DNA from: Gammaproteobacteria bacterium
GTDB taxonomy: Bacteria; Pseudomonadota; Gammaproteobacteria; Eutrophobiales; Eutrophobiaceae
Direction of reading: 5' to 3'
NCBI GenBank assembly: GCA_965221695.1
Contig: OZ244905.1
Span: 1,856,001-1,920,000 of the forward strand
Length of the DNA stretch: 64,000 nt
The notes below the pieces were generated by a model. That model saw only the letters and a list, made by a program, of their open reading frames with translations, did no database searches and was not told the DNA's origin. Below, in pieces: positions 49,762-58,148 of this stretch; the stretch's first letter is position 1; each line of letters opens with the position of its first letter. A program made the translations under genes and the position numbers.

Positions 49762-51012
49762 ATGATCATGCCGCGCCGCTATACCATGATGTTATTGCTG
49801 TTGCTGGCACTGTTCCTGTGTTATGTGGACCGGGTCATTATCTCCCTGGCGGCGGTGGATATGCAGCAGGAACTGGGATGGAGCGATACCGGCAAAGGGC
49901 TGGTCTTCTCCGCTTTTTTCCTTGGCTATTTTGTGATGCAGATAGGTAGCGGTATCCTGTCACAGGTTTACGGCGGCCGCAATGTTCTGCTTTTTGCGGT
50001 TCTGCTCTGGTCCCTGTTTACCGTGCTGACCCCGCCCGCGGCCTATGCGTCATTTGCGATACTGATCTTTGCGCGCTTCATGCTGGGCATTGGCGAAGGC
50101 GCAGCCTATCCCGCGGCATACAACCTGGTCTATGCCTGGATGAAGTCGGGCGAGATATCCCGCTCCATCAGCCTGACCACGGCAGCAAGCACACTCGGAA
50201 CGGTATTCGCGTTCCTGGTAGCCGGTAAATTAATTGGCCTTTACGGCTGGCCATGGGTGTTCTATTTCTTCGGCTGCCTGGGCGCGCTATGGGCGTTGTT
50301 CTGGATAAGGCATATTCCCGCCAGGCCCGGCGAACAGGATCCCGAAAGCCAGCAAGCCGGGAACGGGAACAAGTCCAGGCTCGACATTCCATGGAAGATT
50401 ATTTTCACCCGCGCCCCTTCACTGGCGCTGTTTTGTGTCGCTGTCTGTTTCTGGGGGGTTATCTTCCCCTTGGCAAGCTGGCTGCCCAGTTATTATATCG
50501 ATACCTTTAAGGTCTCGCTTACGCAAGCCGGGCTTTATTCCATATTGCCCTGGCTGGCTGTGTCCGTCAGTGTCATCCTTGCCGGTATTCTCGCAGACAG
50601 GCTGTTGCAAAACGGCATGACAAAAATCAGGGTGCGCAAGGGGTTTGTCTGCATCAGCGCCGGCGGCGCGGCAATCTGCCTGCTGCTTCTGATGAATTCA
50701 TCCTCCCTGGGTTCAGCCATCATATATGTCAGCCTGGTGTTTGCGTTTGTCGGGACCATCGTTCCCGGCTTTGCGCCCAATGCTGCCGATATACTCCCGG
50801 ATCACGGCGCGATACTCTACGGATTCCTGGCTGCAACAGGGTCCTTGTCCGGCGCGGTAGTGACGGCTCTTACCGGCGCGCTGCTGGATGAAACCGGTAG
50901 TTATGGCAGTGTTTTCCTGTTAATGGCTGCCCTGTCTTTCTCATGTCTGTTAGTATTCCAGTTATTCGGTAAGGCCGAACCATTGGTTAAAACAGGAGCG
51001 CAAAATGTATGA
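49762..51012 (+). CDS. MFS transporter, ACS/SLC17-like
   Basis: YVDRVIISLA, GLVFSAFFLGY, LGIGEGAAYPA; related to 26395-27666. Start moved to ATG 49762. Confidence 0.88.
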   Translation: MIMPRRYTMMLLLLLALFLCYVDRVIISLAAVDMQQELGWSDTGKGLVFSAFFLGYFVMQIGSGILSQVYGGRNVLLFAVLLWSLFTVLTPPAAYASFAILIFARFMLGIGEGAAYPAAYNLVYAWMKSGEISRSISLTTAASTLGTVFAFLVAGKLIGLYGWPWVFYFFGCLGALWALFWIRHIPARPGEQDPESQQAGNGNKSRLDIPWKIIFTRAPSLALFCVAVCFWGVIFPLASWLPSYYIDTFKVSLTQAGLYSILPWLAVSVSVILAGILADRLLQNGMTKIRVRKGFVCISAGGAAICLLLLMNSSSLGSAIIYVSLVFAFVGTIVPGFAPNAADILPDHGAILYGFLAATGSLSGAVVTALTGALLDETGSYGSVFLLMAALSFSCLLVFQLFGKAEPLVKTGAQNV

Positions 51013-52075
51013 TTTTGGTTTGACACCGGAACAGGAAGAACGGGCAAAACAGACCCATGAACGGGCGGTTGTGATCGATATGCTGGCCGAAAGCACATTC
51101 CCGGATGGATTGTTCGATGACATGAAACAGGGTGGATTGACTTGCGGAAGTTTTACCATCGGCGCCTCAGGCCTGCATCATTTCATCAACGGAACCCTTC
51201 CCCAACACGATGACTGGTGGTCCTACGACGTGACAGTCAAGGATCTCAGTTGCTGGAATGGCATTTATAATGATGCGGACAACGGTATTATCCCGGTCCA
51301 TACAGTCAGTGATATCCACAAGGCAAAATCCGAAGACAAATGTGGGATTATTCTGAATGTCCAGAATTCAATCTGTGTCGGGACCGATACTGACAACCTT
51401 GATTTTTTCTACAACCTGGGTTTGCGTGTGATCCAGCTTACCTATAACCTGCAGAATTTCATGGGATCGGGCTGCCTGGAAGAGCCGAAAAAGAACCTCA
51501 GCCAGTTCGGCATACAAGCAATCAGTCGGATGAACGAACTGGGCATCCTGGTGGATACCGGCCATACCGGCGACGGAACGCTCAAGCATGCGATAGATGT
51601 GTCGGAAAAACCCATATCCTGCTCCCATGCCGGCCTCGCGGCCAAATCCGCTTCCGTCAATCCTCGCGTGCAATCGGATTCGGCGCTGAAAAAGCTGGCA
51701 GACAATGGCGGCGTATTCGGCCTGGCCGCCATCCCCGGAATTTTGACAGGGCAAGTGCGTTGCACGATCAACGATTATCTTGACCATCTGGGCTACGCGA
51801 TCGATGTGATGGGCATGGATCACGTGGGTATCGGTTCAGATTTTATTGCCGGCGCGACCCTGGAGCAAATTGCGACCGCGCCGGACTGGAAAGGCAAGCA
51901 GGCGCCGACATCCCTGGAAGTGTGGCCGGTTTGTACTGGGCATGACGGTCTGGAAAACCACTCAATGTATATGAACCTGACCCGCGGCCTAGTGGCCAGG
52001 GGATATTCCGATGAGGACATCGGCAAGTTAATGGGCGGCAACTGGTTGCGTCTGCTGTCGGAGACCATAGGCTGA
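51005..52075 (+). CDS. membrane dipeptidase (peptidase M19) family protein
   Basis: GLRVIQLTYN, MNELGILVDTGH, SHAG, HVGIGSDF, MGGNWLR. Confidence 0.88.
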   Translation: MYDFGLTPEQEERAKQTHERAVVIDMLAESTFPDGLFDDMKQGGLTCGSFTIGASGLHHFINGTLPQHDDWWSYDVTVKDLSCWNGIYNDADNGIIPVHTVSDIHKAKSEDKCGIILNVQNSICVGTDTDNLDFFYNLGLRVIQLTYNLQNFMGSGCLEEPKKNLSQFGIQAISRMNELGILVDTGHTGDGTLKHAIDVSEKPISCSHAGLAAKSASVNPRVQSDSALKKLADNGGVFGLAAIPGILTGQVRCTINDYLDHLGYAIDVMGMDHVGIGSDFIAGATLEQIATAPDWKGKQAPTSLEVWPVCTGHDGLENHSMYMNLTRGLVARGYSDEDIGKLMGGNWLRLLSETIG

Positions 52076-52095
52076 ACGCGCCGAAACGATAAGCC

Positions 52096-53244
52096 ATGGA
52101 CTTTTCACTCACAGAAGAACAACAACTGGCGTTGGATTCGTTCCGGCGCTTTGCCACTTCAGAACTTCGTCCAAGAATGGAGGCTTACCAGGACAGCTTT
52201 GTGCCCAAGGAGGAAATGCGGTCGCTGATAAAACAACTCCAGCCGTTTGGCGTCATCAACGGACCCGTGGCAGAGGAAGATGGCGGTTTCGCTATCGACA
52301 TGATCACATACGGCCTGTTGTTCGAGGAACTGGCCCGCGCGTCGGCTGACCTGGCAGTAGTCGCGTTGTTGCAGATGGAATGCGGCAAACTGCTCGCCGG
52401 CGTTCCCGGCGATCTGACCGCACCCTATTTACAAGCCATTGCTGATTGCGAAAAGTTCGGCTCCATTGGCATCAGCGAACCGGATGTAGGTTCGAATATT
52501 GCCGAGGTCAAGACCCGCGCCCGGCGCGAGGGCGATCATTTTGTGCTCAACGGAGAAAAACAGTGGATTTCCAACGGCCATTATTCGGATTTCAACATCT
52601 GCGTGGCACAGGTGGAGAATGATAAGGAAAAAGAAGGGCTGGCCCTGTTGCTGGTGGACCGGGAACACGGTTACACCAGCCGGAATATTCCCAAAATGAT
52701 CCTGAACAGCCAGTCCACCGCGCAGTTGTTCTTCAGCGATGTGCGTGTGCCGCAAGCAAACCTGCTGACCGCGCCGGGCAGAGGGCTGGGGAAGATGCTG
52801 GGTCTGCTGGAGGCCGGGCGTCCCCTGGTCGGGCTGATGGCGGTTGCCGTAGCGCAGGCAGCCATGGATGATTCCATGGCTTACGCGCTGGAACGGAAAC
52901 AACACGGCAAACTCATAGCAGAACACCAGTTGGTCCAGGCCATGATCGCAGAGATGGCGACGGACATCGATGCGGCCAGACTGTTATGTTACCGGGCGCT
53001 GGACCGGGTTGAAAAAGGTCTGGGCAGCGCTGTTGAAAGTTCCAAGGCGAAACTGTTTGCCACCAATATGGCTTTGCGTGTTGTGAACAAGGCCATGGAG
53101 ATCCACGGCGGCAACGGCCTGACCACGGAATTCCGGGTGGAAAAACTCTATCGCCTTGCGCGCATCTTCCCTATCACCGAAGGGACAGAGGAAATGCAGA
53201 AATTGATAATCGCCAGGGGTTTACTTGGCGTGCCAGCATTTTAA
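52096..53244 (+). CDS. acyl-CoA dehydrogenase
   Basis: ISEPDVGS, LNGEKQWISNG, ERKQHGK, HGGNG, ITEGTEEMQ. Confidence 0.93.
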   Translation: MDFSLTEEQQLALDSFRRFATSELRPRMEAYQDSFVPKEEMRSLIKQLQPFGVINGPVAEEDGGFAIDMITYGLLFEELARASADLAVVALLQMECGKLLAGVPGDLTAPYLQAIADCEKFGSIGISEPDVGSNIAEVKTRARREGDHFVLNGEKQWISNGHYSDFNICVAQVENDKEKEGLALLLVDREHGYTSRNIPKMILNSQSTAQLFFSDVRVPQANLLTAPGRGLGKMLGLLEAGRPLVGLMAVAVAQAAMDDSMAYALERKQHGKLIAEHQLVQAMIAEMATDIDAARLLCYRALDRVEKGLGSAVESSKAKLFATNMALRVVNKAMEIHGGNGLTTEFRVEKLYRLARIFPITEGTEEMQKLIIARGLLGVPAF

Positions 53245-53249
53245 TATAG

Positions 53250-53318
53250 GGAAGCTGTGAATAAGTCCGCACAGGACTTGTCAGGGCACGCAAGCGACGG
53301 TTTGTTCACCGGGAACCC
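53250..53318. repeat. diverged partial copy of the MITE-like element
   Basis: GGAAGCTGTGAATAAGTCCGCACAGGACTTGTCAGGGCACGCAA aligns with the reverse complement of the right end of 26134-26356 (GGAAGCTCTGAACAAGTCCATCCTGGACTTGTCAGAGCACGCAA); 5 bp after a stop codon. Confidence 0.7.
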
Positions 53319-53399
53319 GGTTACGAATGCGAGATATCTATCGTGTATTCCGGCTGACGCAGGAATGGGGGGCTTTGTCGTAACTGGGTCGCTCGCAGT

Positions 53400-53445
53400 A
53401 ATCCATGGGGTCTTGCTGCATTCGTTGACCCCATGGATTTTCTTT
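53400..53445 (+). terminator. intrinsic terminator-like hairpin inside a co-oriented gene run
   Basis: Perfect 13-bp stem AATCCATGGGGTC / GACCCCATGGATT, 14-nt loop, followed by TTCTTT; GGAGG RBS immediately downstream. Confidence 0.55.
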
Positions 53446-53457
53446 GTGGAGGAATGA

Positions 53458-54639
53458 GTGAGGAAACGAGGCATTGCCATCATCGGCGTGAGCGAAGTTC
53501 CGACACGGCGCATGCCGGAACGGGCCCGCTGGGATATCCTGCTGGATGTCTGTATCGGCGCGGTGCGCGATGCGGGCATAGACAAGGACAATATCAATGC
53601 TGTGATCTCCCCCAACCCCATGGCGCAACCCCAGATCACGCTGGAAATGGCGCTGGGAAGAATCCCGGAAGTGTTGGGCTTCAAAGGCTGCCGCGACATT
53701 TGCGTGACCAACGCCGGCGGCACCTCGACCACCAACTGTATCCGTATAGCCGAACAGTTGATTGACTCCGGTCAGGCCGATTTCGTGCTTATCCCCCATA
53801 CCACGGTGCAATCGGACATTCCGGCGCAGGATCTGATTAATTTTTTTGCCACGGCGCCGTTGGACAAGGAATGGGAATACCCTTGGGGGGTGTCATTCAA
53901 CGGGTCCATGGGTCTGATCACCCAGCGCTATATGCACGAAACCGGCGCAACCGCTGAGGACATGGCGGCAGTGACCGTAGGGCTCAGGGCCTGGGCAGCC
54001 ATGGACCCCAATTCCATCTTTTACAAAAAACCCGTGACCCTCGAGGATGTCCTAAGTTCCCGAATGATCAGTACACCATTGCATGCCCGGGAATGTAACC
54101 TGCTGGCGGACGGCGGCGGGGCGCTGGTATTGACTTCCCATGACATCGCCAAAGAACTTGGCGGCAAGGCTGCCTTCAAACTGGGTCATGGCACGCGCTT
54201 TATGAGCGCGACACCGGTACTGCGCAAAGATGTTTTCCATCGCCGCGCCTACCAGGAAACGAGCAGCGATGCATTGGAGCAGGCGGGTTTATCGATTGGT
54301 GATATGGACCTTCGGCAGATTTACGGCGCCTATCCTTACACACAATGTTCTGCCCTGGAAGCATATGGTGTCTGCGCCATCGGCGACGGCGCAAAACTGT
54401 GGGCCGAAGGCCGTTGCGGACCGGGTGGTGACCTGCCCTGCACCACCATGGGTGACGCCACCGGCCGCGGCCATGTCGGGTCAGGCGTGAGTATGGCCTT
54501 CTATATCGATACGGCCAGGCAGCTATTCGACGAGGCAGGTGAACGCCAGGTTGCCGATTGCGCGCATGCCATTCTGACGACTTCAGGCGGCTCGGTAATG
54601 AACGCGTGTACAACGGTATTCGGCAGAGAAACGCGATGA
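53458..54639 (+). CDS. atypical thiolase-fold protein (SCP2-thiolase/Ltp2-like) lacking the nucleophilic Cys
   Basis: IAIIGVSE, RYMHETGAT, EDVLSSRMISTPL, ADGGGA, GDLPCTTMG, GRGH; NAGGTS where the Cys motif is expected; GGAGG plus GTG start. Confidence 0.82.
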   Translation: MRKRGIAIIGVSEVPTRRMPERARWDILLDVCIGAVRDAGIDKDNINAVISPNPMAQPQITLEMALGRIPEVLGFKGCRDICVTNAGGTSTTNCIRIAEQLIDSGQADFVLIPHTTVQSDIPAQDLINFFATAPLDKEWEYPWGVSFNGSMGLITQRYMHETGATAEDMAAVTVGLRAWAAMDPNSIFYKKPVTLEDVLSSRMISTPLHARECNLLADGGGALVLTSHDIAKELGGKAAFKLGHGTRFMSATPVLRKDVFHRRAYQETSSDALEQAGLSIGDMDLRQIYGAYPYTQCSALEAYGVCAIGDGAKLWAEGRCGPGGDLPCTTMGDATGRGHVGSGVSMAFYIDTARQLFDEAGERQVADCAHAILTTSGGSVMNACTTVFGRETR

Positions 54640-55046
54640 TTCAACGACGGCGCCCGCTGCCCGAGATACAACCCTTTTCCAAGCCGTTCTGGGATGGGAC
54701 CCGCGCCCATAAGCTGCTGATCCAGCATTGCTGCGACTGCAACTCCCTCATCTTTTACCCGCGCCGGGAATGTCCGGAGTGCTGGTCAACCAACCTGGAC
54801 TGGAAGGAAAGCAGCGGCAAGGCTACCCTGTACTCCTATTCCATTACCTACGAAGGTGTGGAAGAGAAATTTGCCGATGATCTGCCAATCATCCTGGCCT
54901 GGATAGACTTGGAAGAAGGGATCAGGATGACGACCAACATCATTGGTTGCGAACCGGATGATGTGTATATCGGCATGGAGTTGGAAGTTGCGTTCCGCCC
55001 GTTGACCGATGAGGTCATCCTGCCATTCTTTCAGCCCGTTCGCTGA
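54636..55046 (+). CDS. DUF35 zinc-ribbon/OB-fold protein
   Basis: PFWDG, CCDC...YPRRECPEC, GKATLYSYS, LEEGIRMTTNI, PFFQP; ATGA overlap with the thiolase. Confidence 0.9.
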   Translation: MIQRRRPLPEIQPFSKPFWDGTRAHKLLIQHCCDCNSLIFYPRRECPECWSTNLDWKESSGKATLYSYSITYEGVEEKFADDLPIILAWIDLEEGIRMTTNIIGCEPDDVYIGMELEVAFRPLTDEVILPFFQPVR

Positions 55047-55065
55047 TGAATTGCCTTTTGTTAAA

Positions 55066-55150
55066 GGAAGCTCTGAACAAGTCCATCCAGGACTTGTCAG
55101 TGGCGACACATCCCGGCGCCGTGCGAACCTCTGACTTAATTCAGAGGCTC
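55066..55150. mobile_element. internally deleted 85-bp copy of the MITE-like element
   Basis: Consists of the two ends of the 26134-26356 element in opposite orientation, joined without the interior; preceded by TAAA. Confidence 0.72.
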
Positions 55151-55200
55151 TATAACTGTTTGGGGGCAGAGACCCCCGCTTACAACATGCGGGGGCATGC

Positions 55201-55785
55201 TTGAAATCCGCCCCTGAAAAACCGGAACAAAACAAGACTGGCTGGGGCAAATGGGGAACCTGGGAAGAGACTGAATCTTACCTGGGCAAGGTCATCGGCG
55301 TCGCGCAAGGCGCGGACGCCGTGGAACAGGGGACTATCCGCCGCTGGATGGAGTCCAAGGAGTTTGATTGTCCCATTCACATTGATGACGCCGCCGCGCA
55401 GGAGGTGGGCTACGAAGGTGTCATTGCGCCAGACAATATGATCTTTACCTACGGTCTTCCGGCCTACTGGCAGAACGGCGACCCCTACGAGCAACCCAAC
55501 GCTGAGCCCCGACAGATACCGATACCGGTTATTTTCGATGTTCCAGCGCCGTGCAACCTGAGCTTCGCCTCAAATATCGATGTGGAATATCTTGCGCCGA
55601 TGCTCGTGGGTGACCGGATTACCCGCACCAGCCGGCTGGTCAGCATCAACCGTAAAACCCTGCGGGTCGGCGACGGCGCTTTTTTACGCCAGGAAGACAC
55701 CTACACCAACCAGCGAGATGAGATAGTGGCCATTGTCACCCTGGATATCTTTAGGTTCGTCGCGCCGGACGATAAGCAAGACTGA
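55201..55785 (+). CDS. MaoC/hotdog-fold dehydratase subunit
   Basis: VEQGTIRRW, PIHIDDAAA, GVIAP, YLAPMLVGDRI, YTNQRDEIVA; TTG start uncertain. Confidence 0.8.
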   Translation: MKSAPEKPEQNKTGWGKWGTWEETESYLGKVIGVAQGADAVEQGTIRRWMESKEFDCPIHIDDAAAQEVGYEGVIAPDNMIFTYGLPAYWQNGDPYEQPNAEPRQIPIPVIFDVPAPCNLSFASNIDVEYLAPMLVGDRITRTSRLVSINRKTLRVGDGAFLRQEDTYTNQRDEIVAIVTLDIFRFVAPDDKQD

Positions 55786-55786
55786 A

Positions 55787-56218
55787 ATGGTCGACTGGTC
55801 CAAGCAGATAACTGTAGACGATGTAGTCACTGGCGCTGAGATTCCTGAAATCTCCATACCGATTACCCTGCAACGTCTGGTGATGGAAGCCGGCTCCAAC
55901 CGCGATTTTTCCCTGATCCACCACGACAAGGACGTCGCGCAGTCAACCGGCGCCGCCGACGCGTACATGAATACGTTTTTTATCCTGGGCCTGTTTGAAA
56001 GAATGCTGCGTGAATGGATGGGGGTGAGAGGCAGGCTGAAAAAGATCACGTCACTGCAAATGAAATCCTTCAATATAGTCGGCGATACCGTTTACTGTCG
56101 GGGCAAGGTAGCCGGCAAACAGGAAGACGGGACCGTCAACCTGGACATCTGGATGGAGAATGAAGAGAGGGTAACAGTGACCGCAACCGCTGCCGTCTCC
56201 CTCCCGCTGCGGGCATGA
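55787..56218 (+). CDS. MaoC/hotdog-fold dehydratase, probable catalytic subunit
   Basis: Hydratase-2-like motif GSNRDFSLIHHD, VGDTVYCRGKV. Start moved to ATG 55787. Confidence 0.82.
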   Translation: MVDWSKQITVDDVVTGAEIPEISIPITLQRLVMEAGSNRDFSLIHHDKDVAQSTGAADAYMNTFFILGLFERMLREWMGVRGRLKKITSLQMKSFNIVGDTVYCRGKVAGKQEDGTVNLDIWMENEERVTVTATAAVSLPLRA

Positions 56219-56279
56219 TTATTTCACCGACATACGGGTGTCGAACCTATATCGCTGTCCTCGACTACCGAAATAGCAT

Positions 56280-56308
56280 TTGACTGTCGAACAATTTTGT
56301 TCGATACT
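56280..56308 (+). promoter_or_regulatory. sigma70-type promoter with overlapping operator palindrome for hicAB
   Basis: TTGACT-N17-GATACT; palindrome TCGAACAA-TT-TTGTTCGA at 56287-56304; ATG 7 bp after the -10. Confidence 0.7.
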
Positions 56309-56315
56309 GTCAGCT

Positions 56316-56528
56316 ATGAAGGGAAGCGAATTTATTAAACGGGTGAAGAAACTGGCTAAGGTTAAAGGATTGCCGTTTGAGGTAAATTGAGAACGTGGAA
56401 AGGGCAGTCACATAACCCTATATTATGCTGATCGATGTACAATTCTGAAAAATCGGAAAGATGAATTGAAAACAGGCACTTACCATGCCATGTTGAAACA
56501 GCTCGGGATTGACAAATCGGAGATATAG
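56316..56528 (+). pseudogene. hicA: HicA toxin interrupted by an in-frame TGA
   Basis: MKGSEFIKRVKKLAKVKGLPFEVN*ERGKGSHITLYY...ELKTGTYHAMLKQLGI; stop at codon 25 (56388-56390), before the GSH motif. Not in the ORF track. Confidence 0.88.
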
Positions 56529-56531
56529 CGC

Positions 56532-56957
56532 ATGAATTATACTTATGCTGTGATTCTCACTGAGGATCCGGATGACGGTGGATACGTTGTTACCTGCCGC
56601 GATCTGCCGGAGGCGATCACCCAGGGCGAGACGGTTACGGAAGCGCTTGCTGAGGCGGCTGTTGCGCTGGACGAAGCCTTGTGTGGCCGTATCAATCGCG
56701 GCAAGGATATTCCTGAGCCCTCGGCTGAACAGGCCGGAGAACGGTTGGTTCCGGTACCGGTGACCACTGCGCTAAAGGCGGCGGCTTACACCAGGTTTCG
56801 CGAATCCGGCCAGACCAAGGTGGCAATTGCCGAAGCCCTGGACCTCAAAGAAAGCGAAGTGCGCCGCATCCTTGACCCACGTCATGGCACCAAGGCCGCC
56901 ACCCTGGAACGGTTTATCCGTTCGCTGGGGGGTAACGTGCTAATCAGTGCGAGTTAG
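56532..56957 (+). CDS. hicB: HicB family antitoxin with C-terminal HTH
   Basis: GGYVVTCRDLPEAITQGET, IPEPS, EVRRILDPRHGTK. Confidence 0.92.
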   Translation: MNYTYAVILTEDPDDGGYVVTCRDLPEAITQGETVTEALAEAAVALDEALCGRINRGKDIPEPSAEQAGERLVPVPVTTALKAAAYTRFRESGQTKVAIAEALDLKESEVRRILDPRHGTKAATLERFIRSLGGNVLISAS

Positions 56958-58148
56958 TCAACCCTTAACCAGTTCCCCACCAATGATAAGTTGTCGAATC
57001 TGTGCGGTGCCGCCGCCGATTTCCAGGAGTTTGCCGCAGCGGTAGAGTTGGTTAATCTCCGTCTCGCGCATGAAGCCCATGCCGCCGTGTACCTGCACGC
57101 CGTTGTCCAGCACGCGCATACAAGCCCGGCCGGTATGCAGGAACACCGCAGCGCAGCGCTTTTGCAGTTCGCCACGGCTGACACCCTCTTTGTCTTCAGC
57201 ATGCAGTTGGATTGCGCTCTGGTAGGTAAGAGAACGCATGGTTTCGACATCGGTGTACATATCGGCCAGCATCGCCTGCACCAACTGGAAATTGCCGATG
57301 GGCTGGCCGAACTGCTCGCGCGTCCGCGCATATTCGATGGACAGGTCCAGCGCCCGTTGCGCGACACCGAGGCAATAGAATCCCAATACCAGGCGTTCCA
57401 CGTTCAGACCGCTCATGATCACCGCAGCGCCGTTATTCTCGCCACCGATGAGATTTTCCGCCGGTGTCTCACAATCGTTGAAAATCAGCTCACCGGTGGG
57501 GCTGCCGCGCCAGCCCATCTTGTCCAGTTTCTGCGCGCTGCTGAAACCGGAGAAATCTCTCTCGACAATAAACGCAGAGATGCCACGATGCCCTTGCGCC
57601 GGGTCGGTCCTGGCATAGACCACCGCAATATCGGCTACCGGCGCGTTGGAAATAAACATCTTGCGGCCGTTGAGAACAAATTTATCGCCTTGTCTGACTG
57701 CGGTCATCTTCATGCTGCCCAGCGCATCCGACCCGGCGCCCGGCTCGGTCATACCCATCGCGCCAATCGCGGTTCCATCGCAGAAGCGCGGCAGATATTT
57801 CCGCTTTTGCTCTGCGCTGCCATTGCGCACAATATTGTGGACGCAGATATTTTCGCTGGACAGCCAGGCCGCGCATAAACCATGGCTCCAGTAGGCCATG
57901 GCCTCAGCGGCGACGCATTGCGCGAGGAAATCCAGCCCCTGCCCGCCGAATTCTTCCGGAACCGTAAGCCCAAGCAACCCGACCTCAGCAAGCGAGCGAA
58001 AACGTTGTTCGGGGAACCAATCCTCCCGGTCCATCCTGTCGTTCAGCGGGTGCAGTTCCTCGCGGCTGAAGCGATACACCGAATCGTAAACCTGCTGGTA
58101 TTCGTCCGCGAAGCCGTAGGAGGAGAGTGTATTACGATGAGTGTTCAT
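56958..58148 (-). CDS. acyl-CoA dehydrogenase (isovaleryl-CoA dehydrogenase-like)
   Basis: MTEPGAGSDA, LDKMGWRGSPTGELIF, MSGLNVERLVL, REQFGQPIG, LLEIGGGT. Confidence 0.9.
   Translation of the reverse strand: MNTHRNTLSSYGFADEYQQVYDSVYRFSREELHPLNDRMDREDWFPEQRFRSLAEVGLLGLTVPEEFGGQGLDFLAQCVAAEAMAYWSHGLCAAWLSSENICVHNIVRNGSAEQKRKYLPRFCDGTAIGAMGMTEPGAGSDALGSMKMTAVRQGDKFVLNGRKMFISNAPVADIAVVYARTDPAQGHRGISAFIVERDFSGFSSAQKLDKMGWRGSPTGELIFNDCETPAENLIGGENNGAAVIMSGLNVERLVLGFYCLGVAQRALDLSIEYARTREQFGQPIGNFQLVQAMLADMYTDVETMRSLTYQSAIQLHAEDKEGVSRGELQKRCAAVFLHTGRACMRVLDNGVQVHGGMGFMRETEINQLYRCGKLLEIGGGTAQIRQLIIGGELVKG

Noticed and set aside
26134-55150. Dispersed repeats as a CRISPR array or integron attC sites
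   Set aside because: Copies are kilobases apart with no regular spacers, no cas or intI gene, and no RYYYAAC/GTTRRRY ends.
56388-56390. Selenocysteine recoding of the hicA TGA
   Set aside because: The position is not a known Cys site in HicA and no convincing SECIS hairpin follows; a nonsense mutation is simpler.
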